DNA of 62,254 nucleotides, counting the filler, from Globobulimina sp. (Eukaryota): NCBI GenBank assembly GCA_003354225.1. It is 18 parts of 18 records of this genome, joined end to end, with 100 filler letters (N's around TTAATTAATTAA, not from the genome) between each part and the next. Parts side by side here need not be neighbours in the genome. Positions count along the whole stretch, not along the records: positions 48,510 to 51,871 come from PIVH01002978.1; positions 51,972 to 55,333 come from PIVH01002979.1; positions 55,434 to 58,794 come from PIVH01002980.1; positions 58,895 to 62,254 come from PIVH01002981.1; 14 more parts are not named here. The stretch is one strand, 5' to 3'. Position 1 is the stretch's first letter. Every line of letters begins with the position of its first letter. A model generated the notes under the pieces. It saw only the letters and a list, made by a program, of their open reading frames with translations, was not told where the DNA came from and did no database searches. The position numbers and the translations under genes were made by a program. This document shows, in pieces, positions 48,694 through 60,193 of this stretch.

Positions 48694-51600
48694 TCAAATT
48701 TTATCAATTTGTAATACTGTTTGCTCCACACCCCCACCAACCCCAAAAACCCTTGCAATATCAAATTGATCCTCGTCACATCCAACCGCTCGCGCTAAAG
48801 TGCCCATAACATCGTTAAATACGCCAGCTCCACGTAACATGACTTGAGCCACCATCTTTATCACCGGATTCTGTAAATATGCGCCAAAATCAAAACCTAA
48901 AGCGTCATTCCATATATCCACTCCGTAATGAACTACGCCAGCATCCCATCCTCGCATATCAAATTTTGCCGCATACTGTTCCCGCACAAATCTTTCTATT
49001 TCCTCTCTTCTTTCAGGATGAATTGAAAAATGTATATGAGTCAACTTTGTGTCTTTATTGTTATCTATAAATGACAATATTGTGTCATACACCTCCTTTT
49101 GAGTAATAATAGCATCCACCGCTTCATATGCAATATTATAACGTAAATAATCTGTATTTTTGAATATTTTCATCAAATCATCTAATTTAATTAAACCATT
49201 ATCATCTTTAAAAAATAAATCTAAAATCTTATGCTTTGGGAAAAAAATAACCAAACGAATTTTTTTACAATGCGAGTCCACCAAATCTTGAATATATTCT
49301 GGACAGTTTTTCCATTGATGTGCATGTTTATGATTTGGAACATATTTCCAAAATTGATGCGCTAATAAGCGGAAAGCAATTTGTTTCTCCTGTTTGGTTG
49401 ATGGAAGATGTAGATTCCAGGCATCCGGTGATATCCCACCATGTGTCATGCCAGAAGTCATTTGTGTCAATCCTTTGATATATGGAGCATATACTATCCT
49501 ATACTATCCTATACTATCCTATCCCCAGTCACAGCATGACAGATTGAATTGAAATGAAAGCGACTTAAGCCACCAATAGTAAATACTTCCTGTTCACTGC
49601 TGTAATCTGAAAGAAATTGCATATCAAAACAACATATTTTCCCCATGGCAGCAAATCCTTCCTCTAATAATTTAAAAACCCACGATTTTGTATCAAGATT
49701 CAATTCCAACACAATGCCGTGTGCATTGCAGAAATTATACGCTACCGAAAAAACCCTTGTTGTACTGCACGGTCCTTTGATGTAAGCAAATAAAGTCTCA
49801 AATTTCATTAAAGTGTCAATTCCATGGTACAAAGTAAAATTCACTTTATTGTCGTGCTCCATTCCAAAGCATTCGACACATTCTCGAAGATACCTTCCCA
49901 GCCAATAATAATTTGCATGTCTTTGTATGATAGCTTCTATTTCTTCATTCTTTGATTGTGGCCAAAATGTAGCACTGAATTTCGATTGCAACGTATCATA
50001 ATTACAGTAAACCATTGCTGCAATCAAATGTTTTGTAGTGATAATATCTCCACAATTCATATCATAATACTGTGCGGATTGTTGCCTGGGACATTCCATT
50101 TGTTTGTATCTATGTGTGGCAATATGCTCATTTGCTTTATTTTCAATATTTTGCCATTGCGTACCACTCACTGTGCAAATCTCATTCTGTGTTAATTCTT
50201 CTTTGATGTTTTCATATTTTGCTGCAACATACATTTGGCCCAATGCGTAACGATAATCTTCGTTTGCTGGATGTTTTAAAAGAAACTGTAAATTGGCCGC
50301 GATTGCAGCAGGATCGTCGTAACGTTGGTTATTTTGGTAATATTTGTGATAAAAAAATCTGCAGCCAAACTTATATTCCTTTGATGAACTTTTTCGTTCA
50401 TTTGTCACAAATTTATTCTTGCTTCTCAATATACGATTTAATGCGCCAATATTTCTCAATCTACTCCTTTTATGCCTGCTTAGTTTCGACATTGTTGCAA
50501 TAATTCCATCTCTTAAATATACATTACCGATATCTGCAGGTCTTATAAACTTAGAAAACCTGCCAATTTCTTTAACTTTGCGTCGATTTTTTATTCTATA
50601 CTCAATCAGCAACCATTCACCTTCTTTATCAGTAAATATTTTTACAATTTTGCCATCAAACCATTTTGTTTGCGATTCTGAATATATCTCGATTTTATCT
50701 CCGGTCATCCATTTCGTTCTTTGTGTATCGTTTTGTTTTTCATCGTCAATGTTTGGCGGCGTTTGACTTTGAGAAATAATTTGCTCTCTTTCCTGTTTTG
50801 AGAGTTTAAAACCAATATCAAATGAATGCAAATAATGACAATGGATGCGATCAATAAATTGTTGGACTGCTATCTCTTGAATATTGTCAGTAAAATATAA
50901 TTGTTGCAATCGATTAATCTCTGATGCCTTGCTTCGGTCTCTTTGATTTCTTTGCATTAATAAACATTTCGAGAGTTCACATTCTTTGTTGTCATATATT
51001 TGAAATTTGAACACATTAAAAATTGTTTCAAATTCATGGCAATGACATTGCATTAAATGATTAAAATCGTTGAGTAAATGTACATTGTTTACCGATTCAT
51101 AAAGTTTTCCCATCAATATTTTCACATTCTTTTTATCTGCGGACATAAATGAAAAGCGTTTCTATCATTTTTGCAAAGATACAAACTGTTTCTTAACTTT
51201 TTTGCATTAAACCCAATTCATGCATGAATATTTTATATTGCTTTAAAATTTGCTGCATTCTCTTAAAGGATTGACAGTTAATTATCTGTTTACTGTTTAA
51301 CAACAATCGTAATAAATCAGTGCACACATTCGTTTTTAATGCAATATTGGACGATGATAATTGCTTTAAATCTGCATCCAAAGCATCTGTGTCGTACTCT
51401 TCCTCTTCAATGTATGAAAAAAAAGATTGTTGTCGATCCATATTCATTTCCATCAACAGTTGATCCATAAAACATTGTTTTTCATCCTGCTGCGTACACT
51501 TATTGTGATTGAATGTGTTACTTTGTGGAGACACCAAATGAATTGAGTCATTGGGCACACTCGCACCTATTTGCTGTGGTTCATCGAAACTTTCGAACAA

Positions 51601-51720
51601 CTGATCCAATGCAGCCATTTGCTGTGTGTCGTTACATTTGTTTTCATCTTCAACTGGAATGTCGTTGTTATCATCCATTATATCCAATACACCCGCTAAT
51701 ATAGCATCTAAATCTGCCAT
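48694..51720 (-). CDS. Large multi-exon protein with Tudor/Agenet-like domain and ADP-ribosyltransferase-like domain
   Basis: WMTGDKIEIYSESQTKWFDGKIVKI; ART-like LYHG...GPCSTT..VAYNF...GIVLEL...SDYSSEQEVF. ORFs 51193-51720, 49509-51146 and 48694-49470 are separated by short gaps consistent with introns. Confidence 0.65.
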
Positions 51721-52193
51721 GATTTAAATGGCCAAGTTACAGAAAACTTGAATATATAATGGCCAAGTTTGACTACTAGTTATATATTTGTTTTAAACCA
51801 CAAAATTGATGTACTGTAATGAGCCAATATGTGACAATTACGATACAGAATTAGAGACAGTCACAGTGACTNNNNNNNNNNNNNNNNNNNNNNNNNNNNN
51901 NNNNNNNNNNNNNNNTTAATTAATTAANNNNNNNNNNNNNNNNNNNNNNNNNNNNNNNNNNNNNNNNNNNNCCACTGCCACTGCCACAGTCTCAAACTAA
52001 TCGCATCAACACAGATGATCACACTCCACATGATTTAACATCTATTAATCACACAATCAAATTCTATCAGAACAAATACAATCAAATAAAACACAAATAC
52101 AATGTACAATACGTCAATGAAAACATATCTACACAACACCAACACCAATCGACTAAGCACATATCACTGCTCCGCAGAGCACCCAATACAAAA

Positions 52194-53804
52194 ATGATAC
52201 GACCGTATAACAATAGTCACACTCCGCATTTGTCCGCATCTCCACAATCATTGTTACTCCCAGTCCACACAACATCTGTTTCGTATTACGATCGTTGCAC
52301 TAAAACAATCCGCAAAGCAAATGACATTTATAATTATAACGCTTCTAAATCGACATTAAAAGCACATACGGCGCGACGACATATTCCCCGTAAAACGCAT
52401 AGAAATGGGCCCAAATCCGTTGATAATATAATGCTGAAAACCAGCATAAAAAAGAACAAATTTAAGTTGTGGCAGCACCATCAGCCTCAATCTCCATTGG
52501 CCATCAAATATTATCGTAAATTGATGGAGTCGTTGAAAAAGGAGAATGTGTCCAATACTAAGATAATGCTGAAATCGCTGATTGAAGAATGGTTGAACAT
52601 GGCGGCGGATACGGATAGCAAAGAAAATGATGATGGATGGATTCGAGGCATCATTGGAATGGCCGGTTGGTCCTATGATGAACACAAAGTTTTGATGAAT
52701 TTGAATGATGAATCTGTCACCAAATTGATTGAAAATTACCAAAAAATAGTTAGAAAGAAAAAAATGAAAAGATGTCGCATGCCGACAGTGCCTAGAATTA
52801 ATACCAGTGATATTTCTAAATTGAGCTCTCAATCTGTTCCAAACTCGAACCGGCATTTCATTCCAACTCAACATAGAAAATTGAAGCTAAAAAAAACAGT
52901 GTCGAAAACTGTGGACCATTTAGACTGTAAAGAGGGGAATAAAAGAAATGGAAAGGTGAAGGATGAGATTGTGGAAAAAATAGAGAATAAAATTGAAATT
53001 ATGGATGTTCCAAAACGAAAGAGACTGAGTATTCTATGTTTGAATGATGCTGCAATGCTTTCGAAGCAAAATGAATTCGAACATATTAATGTGTTTAAAG
53101 TGTTTGATAAAGTAAATAGATTTAAGGAGAATGTGTTAGATAAAGTGTCCGATACTCGACTCGCAAAATTATTGAGCGCAAAGCCGCGAAAACCCCCAAA
53201 ACGAATAGGAATGTCAGTGCGCACAAAAACTTTTGCTGTGAAAAAATTGAGACAAACGTTATTTTCTCTAAAAGGAAGAATGCCGTATTTACAACAATAT
53301 AAAAAGGGTCAAGTTATTAATTATACAAAAAGCAAAGATTTGAAATATGATAGCATAGAAAATGTCAGACAAAACATTAAAACTAAGAAACGTAACAATA
53401 ATGTAAATGTTCTGAAAACAAGTTATATTGGAAAACTAAGCAATATATTCGACAAAATTAATATAAATAAGAATTCAAAGATATGTTTGACCGAAATATC
53501 AGCATATTATCAACTTTTAACAATTTCAGCCGGATTATTCAATGCATCGCACGCCATGGATGATTGTAAGGTGTTATTTGATTTGATGCGATTATCTCCG
53601 GATAAAGACGGAATTACATTAAATAATTGGCTCAATATTTGGAATCTAATCACTCTCACTTTTGGTGACTTATTTATTCATGACGCCATCTCGGAATATA
53701 AGTCTTTGAATGAATCAACTTCAAACCATGGAATTGAACAAATGATAAAAGGCGATCACAAATCCATAAATAGGAGTTATTTATGTTTAATGTTTAATGT
53801 TTAA
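52194..53804 (+). CDS. Hypothetical Lys-rich protein with degenerate EF-hand-like pair near C-terminus
   Basis: 536-aa ORF; IFDKININKNSKICLTEI and PDKDGITLNNW. Confidence 0.55.
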   Translation: MIRPYNNSHTPHLSASPQSLLLPVHTTSVSYYDRCTKTIRKANDIYNYNASKSTLKAHTARRHIPRKTHRNGPKSVDNIMLKTSIKKNKFKLWQHHQPQSPLAIKYYRKLMESLKKENVSNTKIMLKSLIEEWLNMAADTDSKENDDGWIRGIIGMAGWSYDEHKVLMNLNDESVTKLIENYQKIVRKKKMKRCRMPTVPRINTSDISKLSSQSVPNSNRHFIPTQHRKLKLKKTVSKTVDHLDCKEGNKRNGKVKDEIVEKIENKIEIMDVPKRKRLSILCLNDAAMLSKQNEFEHINVFKVFDKVNRFKENVLDKVSDTRLAKLLSAKPRKPPKRIGMSVRTKTFAVKKLRQTLFSLKGRMPYLQQYKKGQVINYTKSKDLKYDSIENVRQNIKTKKRNNNVNVLKTSYIGKLSNIFDKININKNSKICLTEISAYYQLLTISAGLFNASHAMDDCKVLFDLMRLSPDKDGITLNNWLNIWNLITLTFGDLFIHDAISEYKSLNESTSNHGIEQMIKGDHKSINRSYLCLMFNV

Positions 53805-53839
53805 TATAACATAAAATTTGTAGATACTTATTCAGAATC

Positions 53840-54454
53840 ATGCTTGCTTTAGAAAAAATTGACGGTTTGCTGAAAGAATTAGAGGCAAGAAATAATTATA
53901 AGCCTCTGATTGTTGCAATTGGCAGCACAAACCCAACAAAAATAAAATCTGTTCAAATGGCGGTGGATAAATTATTTCTGAATAATACCATTGAATATAA
54001 ATACTGTTCGGTTAAAAGTGGAGTATCAGATCAACCAAAGTCATCATCTGAAAGTATAACAGGAGCAATAAACAGAGCAAGCAATGCATTTACACAATTT
54101 CCGAATGCTACGTATTCCGTCGGTATTGAAGGAGGTATCGAAACAGTTTGTGTTTCCAATAAAACCGTATATTTACAAAGTGGATGGGTTGCTGTCATGA
54201 ATAAACAAAATGAAATTGGCATTGGTACATCTGCGAGGGTTGAATTGTCAGACAAAGTTATGGCACACATATCGAATGATGGTAAGGAGTTAGGACTTGT
54301 TATGGATGAGATGTCTGGACAACAGAATGTTAGTACGCATCAGGGATATTTCGGTTTGGTCACCAACAATAATTTACCGCGTGCGGATGCGTATCAACAT
54401 GGTGTTTTGTTTGCATTTTCCAAGTTTGTATCGCCACAAATCTACTGGAAATAA
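53840..54454 (+). CDS. yjjX: Non-canonical purine NTP phosphatase (inosine/xanthosine triphosphatase, YjjX family)
   Basis: VAIGSTNPTKI, SGVSDQP, GAINRA, VGIEGGI, GKELGLVMD, GYFGLVT...R. Confidence 0.88.
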   Translation: MLALEKIDGLLKELEARNNYKPLIVAIGSTNPTKIKSVQMAVDKLFLNNTIEYKYCSVKSGVSDQPKSSSESITGAINRASNAFTQFPNATYSVGIEGGIETVCVSNKTVYLQSGWVAVMNKQNEIGIGTSARVELSDKVMAHISNDGKELGLVMDEMSGQQNVSTHQGYFGLVTNNNLPRADAYQHGVLFAFSKFVSPQIYWK

Positions 54455-54584
54455 AAGAATTTAAATGATTCTTTATTTAATAACTTAACGCACTTAATGT
54501 CCGATCACCAAATAACGTGCTTGGTTGGATACAAAATGCTAAACAAAAATTTATTTTGCATAGTGTTATTATTATACAAAAAAG

Positions 54585-54658
54585 CATCTCTGGCGGGACT
54601 CGAACCCGCAATCTTCAACTTAGGAGGCCGACGCGTTATCCGATTACGCCACAGAGAC
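54585..54658 (-). tRNA. tRNA-Arg (CCT)
   Basis: GTCTCTGTGGCGTAATCGGATAACGCGTCGGCCTCCTAAGTTGAAGATTGCGGGTTCGAGTCCCGCCAGAGATG. The anticodon stem has two G:U pairs; a T-run terminator follows. Confidence 0.88.
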
Positions 54659-55053
54659 ATACATTCTTACTTTATCGTACCTTTCTTGCTTTAAAAACAC
54701 GCAGCCATACATGTATTTAAACTACATTTATAAACAAAATTACATTCATGGGACAAATAACCAATGATTGTACTCAATATTTGTTTATTTTGATGTTTAA
54801 TACTTATTTCTTTTGATTGTTATGTTATGGTGTGACAGTATCGTACGATTCACCTATTTCCATGACCAGTTTGATGTTAGTAATGTCAATATAGGTGTTA
54901 TTACTGACATGATAAAAGAAGAGTGGTAACACGGGCTGAAACAGTAAAAAAAAACAATCAAAAAAAAACAAAAAAAAAAATTCCAGCTTTCCCATCCTTC
55001 CAATCACTTTTCTTTTTTCAAATTTATTACATTCCTTTTACTGAGTTATAAAA

Positions 55054-55333
55054 ATGAGAGAAGTTATTTCATTGCATGTTGGCCAGGCAGGCATTCAGGT
55101 CGGTAACGCGTGCTGGGAATTATATTGCTTAGAGCACGGTATTCAGCCCGATGGCCAAATGCCATCTGATAAGACCGTGGGAGGCGGAGATGACGCATTT
55201 TCTACTTTTTTCAGCGAGACCGGCGCAGGCAAACATGTGCCACGATGTATATTTTTAGATTTAGAGCCAACAATTATCGACGAAGTACGTACTGGAACCT
55301 ATCGACAATTATTCCATCGGCAACAGTTAATAT
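55054..55333 (+). CDS. TUBA: Alpha-tubulin, 5' part
   Basis: [39 protein letters not shown]...[17 protein letters not shown]. Confidence 0.98.
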
Positions 55334-55553
55334 NNNNNNNNNNNNNNNNNNNNNNNNNNNNNNNNNNNNNNNNNNNNTTAATTAATTAANNNNNNNNNNN
55401 NNNNNNNNNNNNNNNNNNNNNNNNNNNNNNNNNATCATAATTTAAAGAGGATTCACACAAAACACAATATGCGGAGCGGACTAAATAAAATCAGATGGTG
55501 CCAAAACTCCGCAACGGAGAGATGGAGCGAGTGGACACTGGACACAGGAGTCT

Positions 55554-56237
55554 TTATTTGGACTTATTTTCTTTGTTGTTTTTGGAGGCAAACTGGTATT
55601 TATTGACGTACTTTTTCAATGCGTCGACAGGCGATATATATTCGACTGATGATGGTGCAGTGTTACTGTTGCATGTTGGAGAGGTTTGAGATGTCATTAT
55701 GTTGATTGATAATTCTTTTTTGCAGTGACCTTTGTTCCTCGCGGTGATTCTAATTGTATCAATATGCTTTTTTAAGAATTGTTTATTATTACAGATTGGC
55801 GATGATGTCTTATTTATAAATTTTATAATCGGCGAGAATGTGTCACAGTTTGTTTGTTTGTTTGTTTGTTTTAATTGTTGCTCATAATATTTTGATTGTT
55901 TGTCCATGTCTTTTGTGGTGAGTTTTAATCGTTTTTTAAGATTTGAAATCTCTTTTTTTGAATGTTGTAGTTTCCGAATGTAATTTGTTTGTGCTCTCTT
56001 TAATACGTTGATTTCAGTGAGTGCATCTTGATATAATTCGGCTATTTCATATTGTTCTTGCTCAGATTGAATTAAATCTGCTTCAAACTTACTTTTTTGC
56101 ATTGCAAATGTTTGAATTTGTAATGCCAATTGTTCTCGTTCTTTATTTATTTGTTTCTGTTGATCATCGAGTGATCTTTTCATTCGTTTTAATCGTTTTA
56201 CTTCATATTTAATATTATTATTATGAGCAAAGGACAT
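55554..56237 (-). CDS. Coiled-coil hypothetical protein
   Basis: 227-aa ORF with a heptad-rich Q/E/K N-terminal two-thirds. Confidence 0.6.
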   Translation of the reverse strand: MSFAHNNNIKYEVKRLKRMKRSLDDQQKQINKEREQLALQIQTFAMQKSKFEADLIQSEQEQYEIAELYQDALTEINVLKRAQTNYIRKLQHSKKEISNLKKRLKLTTKDMDKQSKYYEQQLKQTNKQTNCDTFSPIIKFINKTSSPICNNKQFLKKHIDTIRITARNKGHCKKELSINIMTSQTSPTCNSNTAPSSVEYISPVDALKKYVNKYQFASKNNKENKSK

Positions 56238-56448
56238 TTGTATAATAAAATAATTACCAATACTTCAGATGCGTCCCTTTCATAAATTTGAGAATTTACT
56301 TAAGCTTTTTCTCGAACAAATAGGAAAACTCTAATTGCTGATCGGACTTTTTAATATACTCTTCCAAACAATATGATATGTTTTTAATTAACAATAAATA
56401 CTCATTAAAAATCGTTTGAACGCCAGTGCAAAAAACACACTCTGGCCT

Positions 56449-56883
56449 TTAGGAAGAGAGAGTTATGTATGGATTCCCCATGCAAGCTATCAATGGCTCA
56501 TTTGTGCTTGAAATAAATTGCATGATTCTTTTTATGCTTTGATTACATGCCTTGAGCACAAAATGGTCCCCAACATAGGAATATGTTAAATTAATTATAT
56601 CCAGAGGTATCAATGAGCATTTTGTTTGTTTTAGTACTCCTCGCGAATATCCATTAACAACATAGAATGTGTTATGATCAATACTCCGTGATATAGATTG
56701 TAAATCAGATACTTCCTGTTCCACAACTTCCCAATGTTTCTGTTTCGATTTATTGTATAATGTCCATTCAGTGGATTGCACAAATGATCGATTTAAAAGG
56801 TCTTGGTTAGCATCCTTCGATTCAACTAACAATGGGTCCGTATCTGCTTGTTTTGTGTTTTCAATTGTATGCGTATTGCCCAT
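56449..56883 (-). CDS. Small MG-start protein carrying the xxGYxR...IPxDI motif; may splice further
   Basis: MGNTHT start; VVNGYSRGVLKQTKCSLIPLDIINLTYSY. Confidence 0.6.
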   Translation of the reverse strand: MGNTHTIENTKQADTDPLLVESKDANQDLLNRSFVQSTEWTLYNKSKQKHWEVVEQEVSDLQSISRSIDHNTFYVVNGYSRGVLKQTKCSLIPLDIINLTYSYVGDHFVLKACNQSIKRIMQFISSTNEPLIACMGNPYITLSS

Positions 56884-57126
56884 GTTTCATTTATCTTAAA
56901 AGGGTGCAACGACTTTATAGTCTGAGTTGTATAACAAAACGCAAAATAAATCTGATGATTATACTATATTAAGCAGACAATAAAATATTTTACAAATTAA
57001 AGTTGAAAGTTAAGACTAAAAACAGCTTATAAATTATAAATCCGATAAATGCGAATCAAAAATAGATTTAATTTTATTTATCGGATTAATACGTATATAT
57101 ACATAATGAAAGTAATCAATGCTTGA

Positions 57127-57775
57127 TCAGTTTTTATATTTTTGGGTCAACTCATCTGACAATGTTTCCATTTCAGAAAGTTTTACTTTATTTTCTTGTT
57201 CCATTTTATCAAAAACTTGCGATACTTCCTCTAATTGAGTTTGATTTAATTGTTTTGCCACAGTGGGATAAATTAACTCGTCCTCTTCATATAAATGTTC
57301 ATATTGTTCACCTAAATAAGCCTCTGCTTTCTCGATAACCTCAGCAATGGAACATTTATAATCATTTGTTGGCGACACCAGTCCGTTTATCATTTTTTCT
57401 AAATCGTGCACTAAATCCTCTTTCATGATGTTCTGCATTTATCTGCGAAACCATCCTAACATTCGCTGATTTTTCTAATGAAGATATTGTTTTTTGATAT
57501 AAAATTGCTTCTTTGCGGTGATGAAATATGCCGAAATTAGATATAAATTGCATGAATTTTTGCAAATCTTGACCGTGTTGAGTCGAAACGGTATTTGCAG
57601 TTTCTAGTTCATTTAATATAGTTCGAAATGATTGCAATGTTGCTAGCATTCGTTGATGATCCGCAGATAACTTATTCATGCATCGATATGCAGAGGCACC
57701 ATAATACCTCATTGCAGTAATAATATTTGCCGTACTCTTCACTTTACTCACAGAACGAATCAAAAACTGATACAT
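57127..57775 (-). CDS. Hemerythrin/HHE-domain protein with mitochondrial-transit-like N-terminus; frame break at ~57420
   Basis: LSADHQRM, FHHRKEAILY and AEHHE in one frame; EHLYEEDELIYP in a second frame. Confidence 0.75.
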
Positions 57776-57830
57776 TTTGATTCTCCGAAGTTTTCCGATA
57801 CTAAAAAAAATACTTTCATACTTCATAGCC

Positions 57831-58794
57831 ATGTTGTTAGATAAAATAGTGAGCTACACATTGATATCATTATTATTTGTATCAATTATGTTTAGCATTA
57901 TTAATTTAATCCAATTTACTATGTTTTATTTACATGGTAATCAGCTACAACAACAAACAAATCAATTCTTTCAAGTAAGAAGGCCAATACTTATCATCAT
58001 ATACAGCATTCTATCAATTGTTAATTCGTTAATTGTATTACCAATCATAATATTTACAAATATATTGCAAGAAACATTTATCCCTTTATATATCGACAGA
58101 TTTATTCCATTACAAATACGCAATAAATACTTTATAGATAATATATGGGCAGTAATATTTATACATGAAATTATAACCTGTCTATTATTATTAATTATAG
58201 CTCAGAGAGCATGGCTATTATTATATGACTATAAATATATTGATGCGTATACCAGCATTGAATGGAAAGAGATCATAAATCCGGGCCAAGCATCCAAACA
58301 AAATAAATGGTTAAAATACAGGAAATCATTCGGGTCTCATTCCTTTTTATCCCAATTGATATTCCTTTTTTTTATATTAGTAATTTCCGTTTTATTTGTT
58401 TTACAAAATATATTCAATATCATTAACTATTCATGGATTGTAATCGATATATTTTTTGCAATTCCTTTAGCTCTGTTTATTTTAATTATAATTACATTAA
58501 AAATCCGCAAAATTAACGACCAATTTAAAATTCGCCGCGAGTTACAATACTTATCCATATTTATCGTAATATTAATATTCTCATTCGGTATAGTTTGCGT
58601 TAAAACGTTTTTAATAGAAAAACATTTCAATTTGTCTAAATATGCATATTTTATCAATATTAATATAATAAGCTATATAGCTGATATTTTATATTCATAT
58701 TTTACTGTTTACATCCAATGTAAATGGTTATTGAATGAATCTGTAAATTATCGTAAATCGTTATTTATTCGCAAACCAAGTTTGCGTCGACAAA
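57831..58794 (+). CDS. Multi-pass (7TM-like) membrane protein resembling the TM part of 7TM-RGS proteins; 3' partial
   Basis: About 7 hydrophobic segments; FFQVRRP, RAWLLLYDY and INDQFKIRRELQY motifs. Confidence 0.6.
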
Positions 58795-58894
58795 NNNNNN
58801 NNNNNNNNNNNNNNNNNNNNNNNNNNNNNNNNNNNNNNTTAATTAATTAANNNNNNNNNNNNNNNNNNNNNNNNNNNNNNNNNNNNNNNNNNNN

Positions 58895-60124
58895 TAGGAT
58901 TTTATTTTGAATTCAAATCTGTGGGTCCTATTGCCTTATTTGCAATAAATGACATTACGGGACTAATTACAGCATTCAACTTATTATATTTATATAAAAA
59001 ATTCCCAACCGTTCAAAATCGTGGTTGGGACATCATAAAGCAAAGCACTGTAAGAATGGAATCAACGCACGCCTTATTAGTGGATGAAAAGGAAACCTCA
59101 AATATTAAACTCATGGAAGATGTTCATTTTAATCGCATTACCATTCAAGTTTATTTTTACATCGTCGCAACAATCCCATTCGGTGTGAGCTGTGTATGTC
59201 ATTTGGGTGTTATGTATCCATTGCACGCAGTTTGGATATTCCCTGCTATGAATCTCGTCATTGCGTCTGCCTATTTATTATTCATCCAAATGTTAATAAT
59301 GTCCTGCGACGGAGGCAAAAACGTTCGACAATATTTAAGCGAAAAACCAGATGAATGTGCATGGAAAAGTTTAAATTCTCTTTGTAACTGTTGTTTGAGA
59401 GCAAACGCAGAAAAAGGTGTTTCTTGCCGAGCTAAACTATGCTTGCTCATACTGGTTAAACCAATAATTAATTATATGACTGCCTATTTTCTATATTTTC
59501 ATCCTGAATCATTCGAACGGACCGCCGGTTACTTTGTGTTAAAAGTGTTAACTGTTTGTACCACAACAATACCTATTAAAGCAATGGAATCGTTACATTT
59601 GCAGTTATTGCCATACACAAGAATGAGGAGATCGACTGCTAAACGCAACATTGTCTGTTTTTTATCCCCAATTTGCCAATTACAGGTTAAGTTGCTTTAA
59701 TTTGCGTATACAAAAAACAACAATGTCTTAATTAAAGGAGGTGGCAGTGGCGTTTTTATTTAGTTTGAGTGTGATGGATGGAGTCAATATTGATGATATT
59801 GAAAGGGGCTATCGGTGGACGATTGGATTTGGTTTGTTGTTGGCAACAGAAATGTTAATCTGTTCGATTTTGATTGTTTGCTTTGCTTTTCGTCCGCAAG
59901 ATTTGCGTTTGTGGCAATATCATGAAACGTTGCTCAAGAAACATAAATCGAGATTAATATTGGATTACAACACTCTTCAGCCTGCAGTCCCAGATAAAAT
60001 GGACGCTTTGGAGGAGAATTCCATTGAAATGAGTTCTAGATCGGATATGCTTGATTTTGATAATGATATAAACGACAAAATAGACTCAATTCAAGAGAAA
60101 ACAGATGCGGTGGATGCTAAATAA
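58895..60124 (+). CDS. Organic solute transporter alpha / TMEM184-like membrane protein, multi-exon
   Basis: Multi-TM; LLILVKPII, and LLATEMLICSIL...FAF resembling the OST-alpha IC.EM...A.....AF motif. Confidence 0.65.
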
Positions 60125-60193
60125 CGACTTGTATACGACCAGACAAATTTACTTACTTACTTACTATTTTTACTTTTTATATTCTAAAGTTTT

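Noticed and set aside
14983-54454. Possible non-standard genetic code (ciliate-like) given AT-rich protist DNA
   Set aside because: Conserved genes read through without in-frame TAA/TAG/TGA and end on standard stops; breaks match GT-AG introns.
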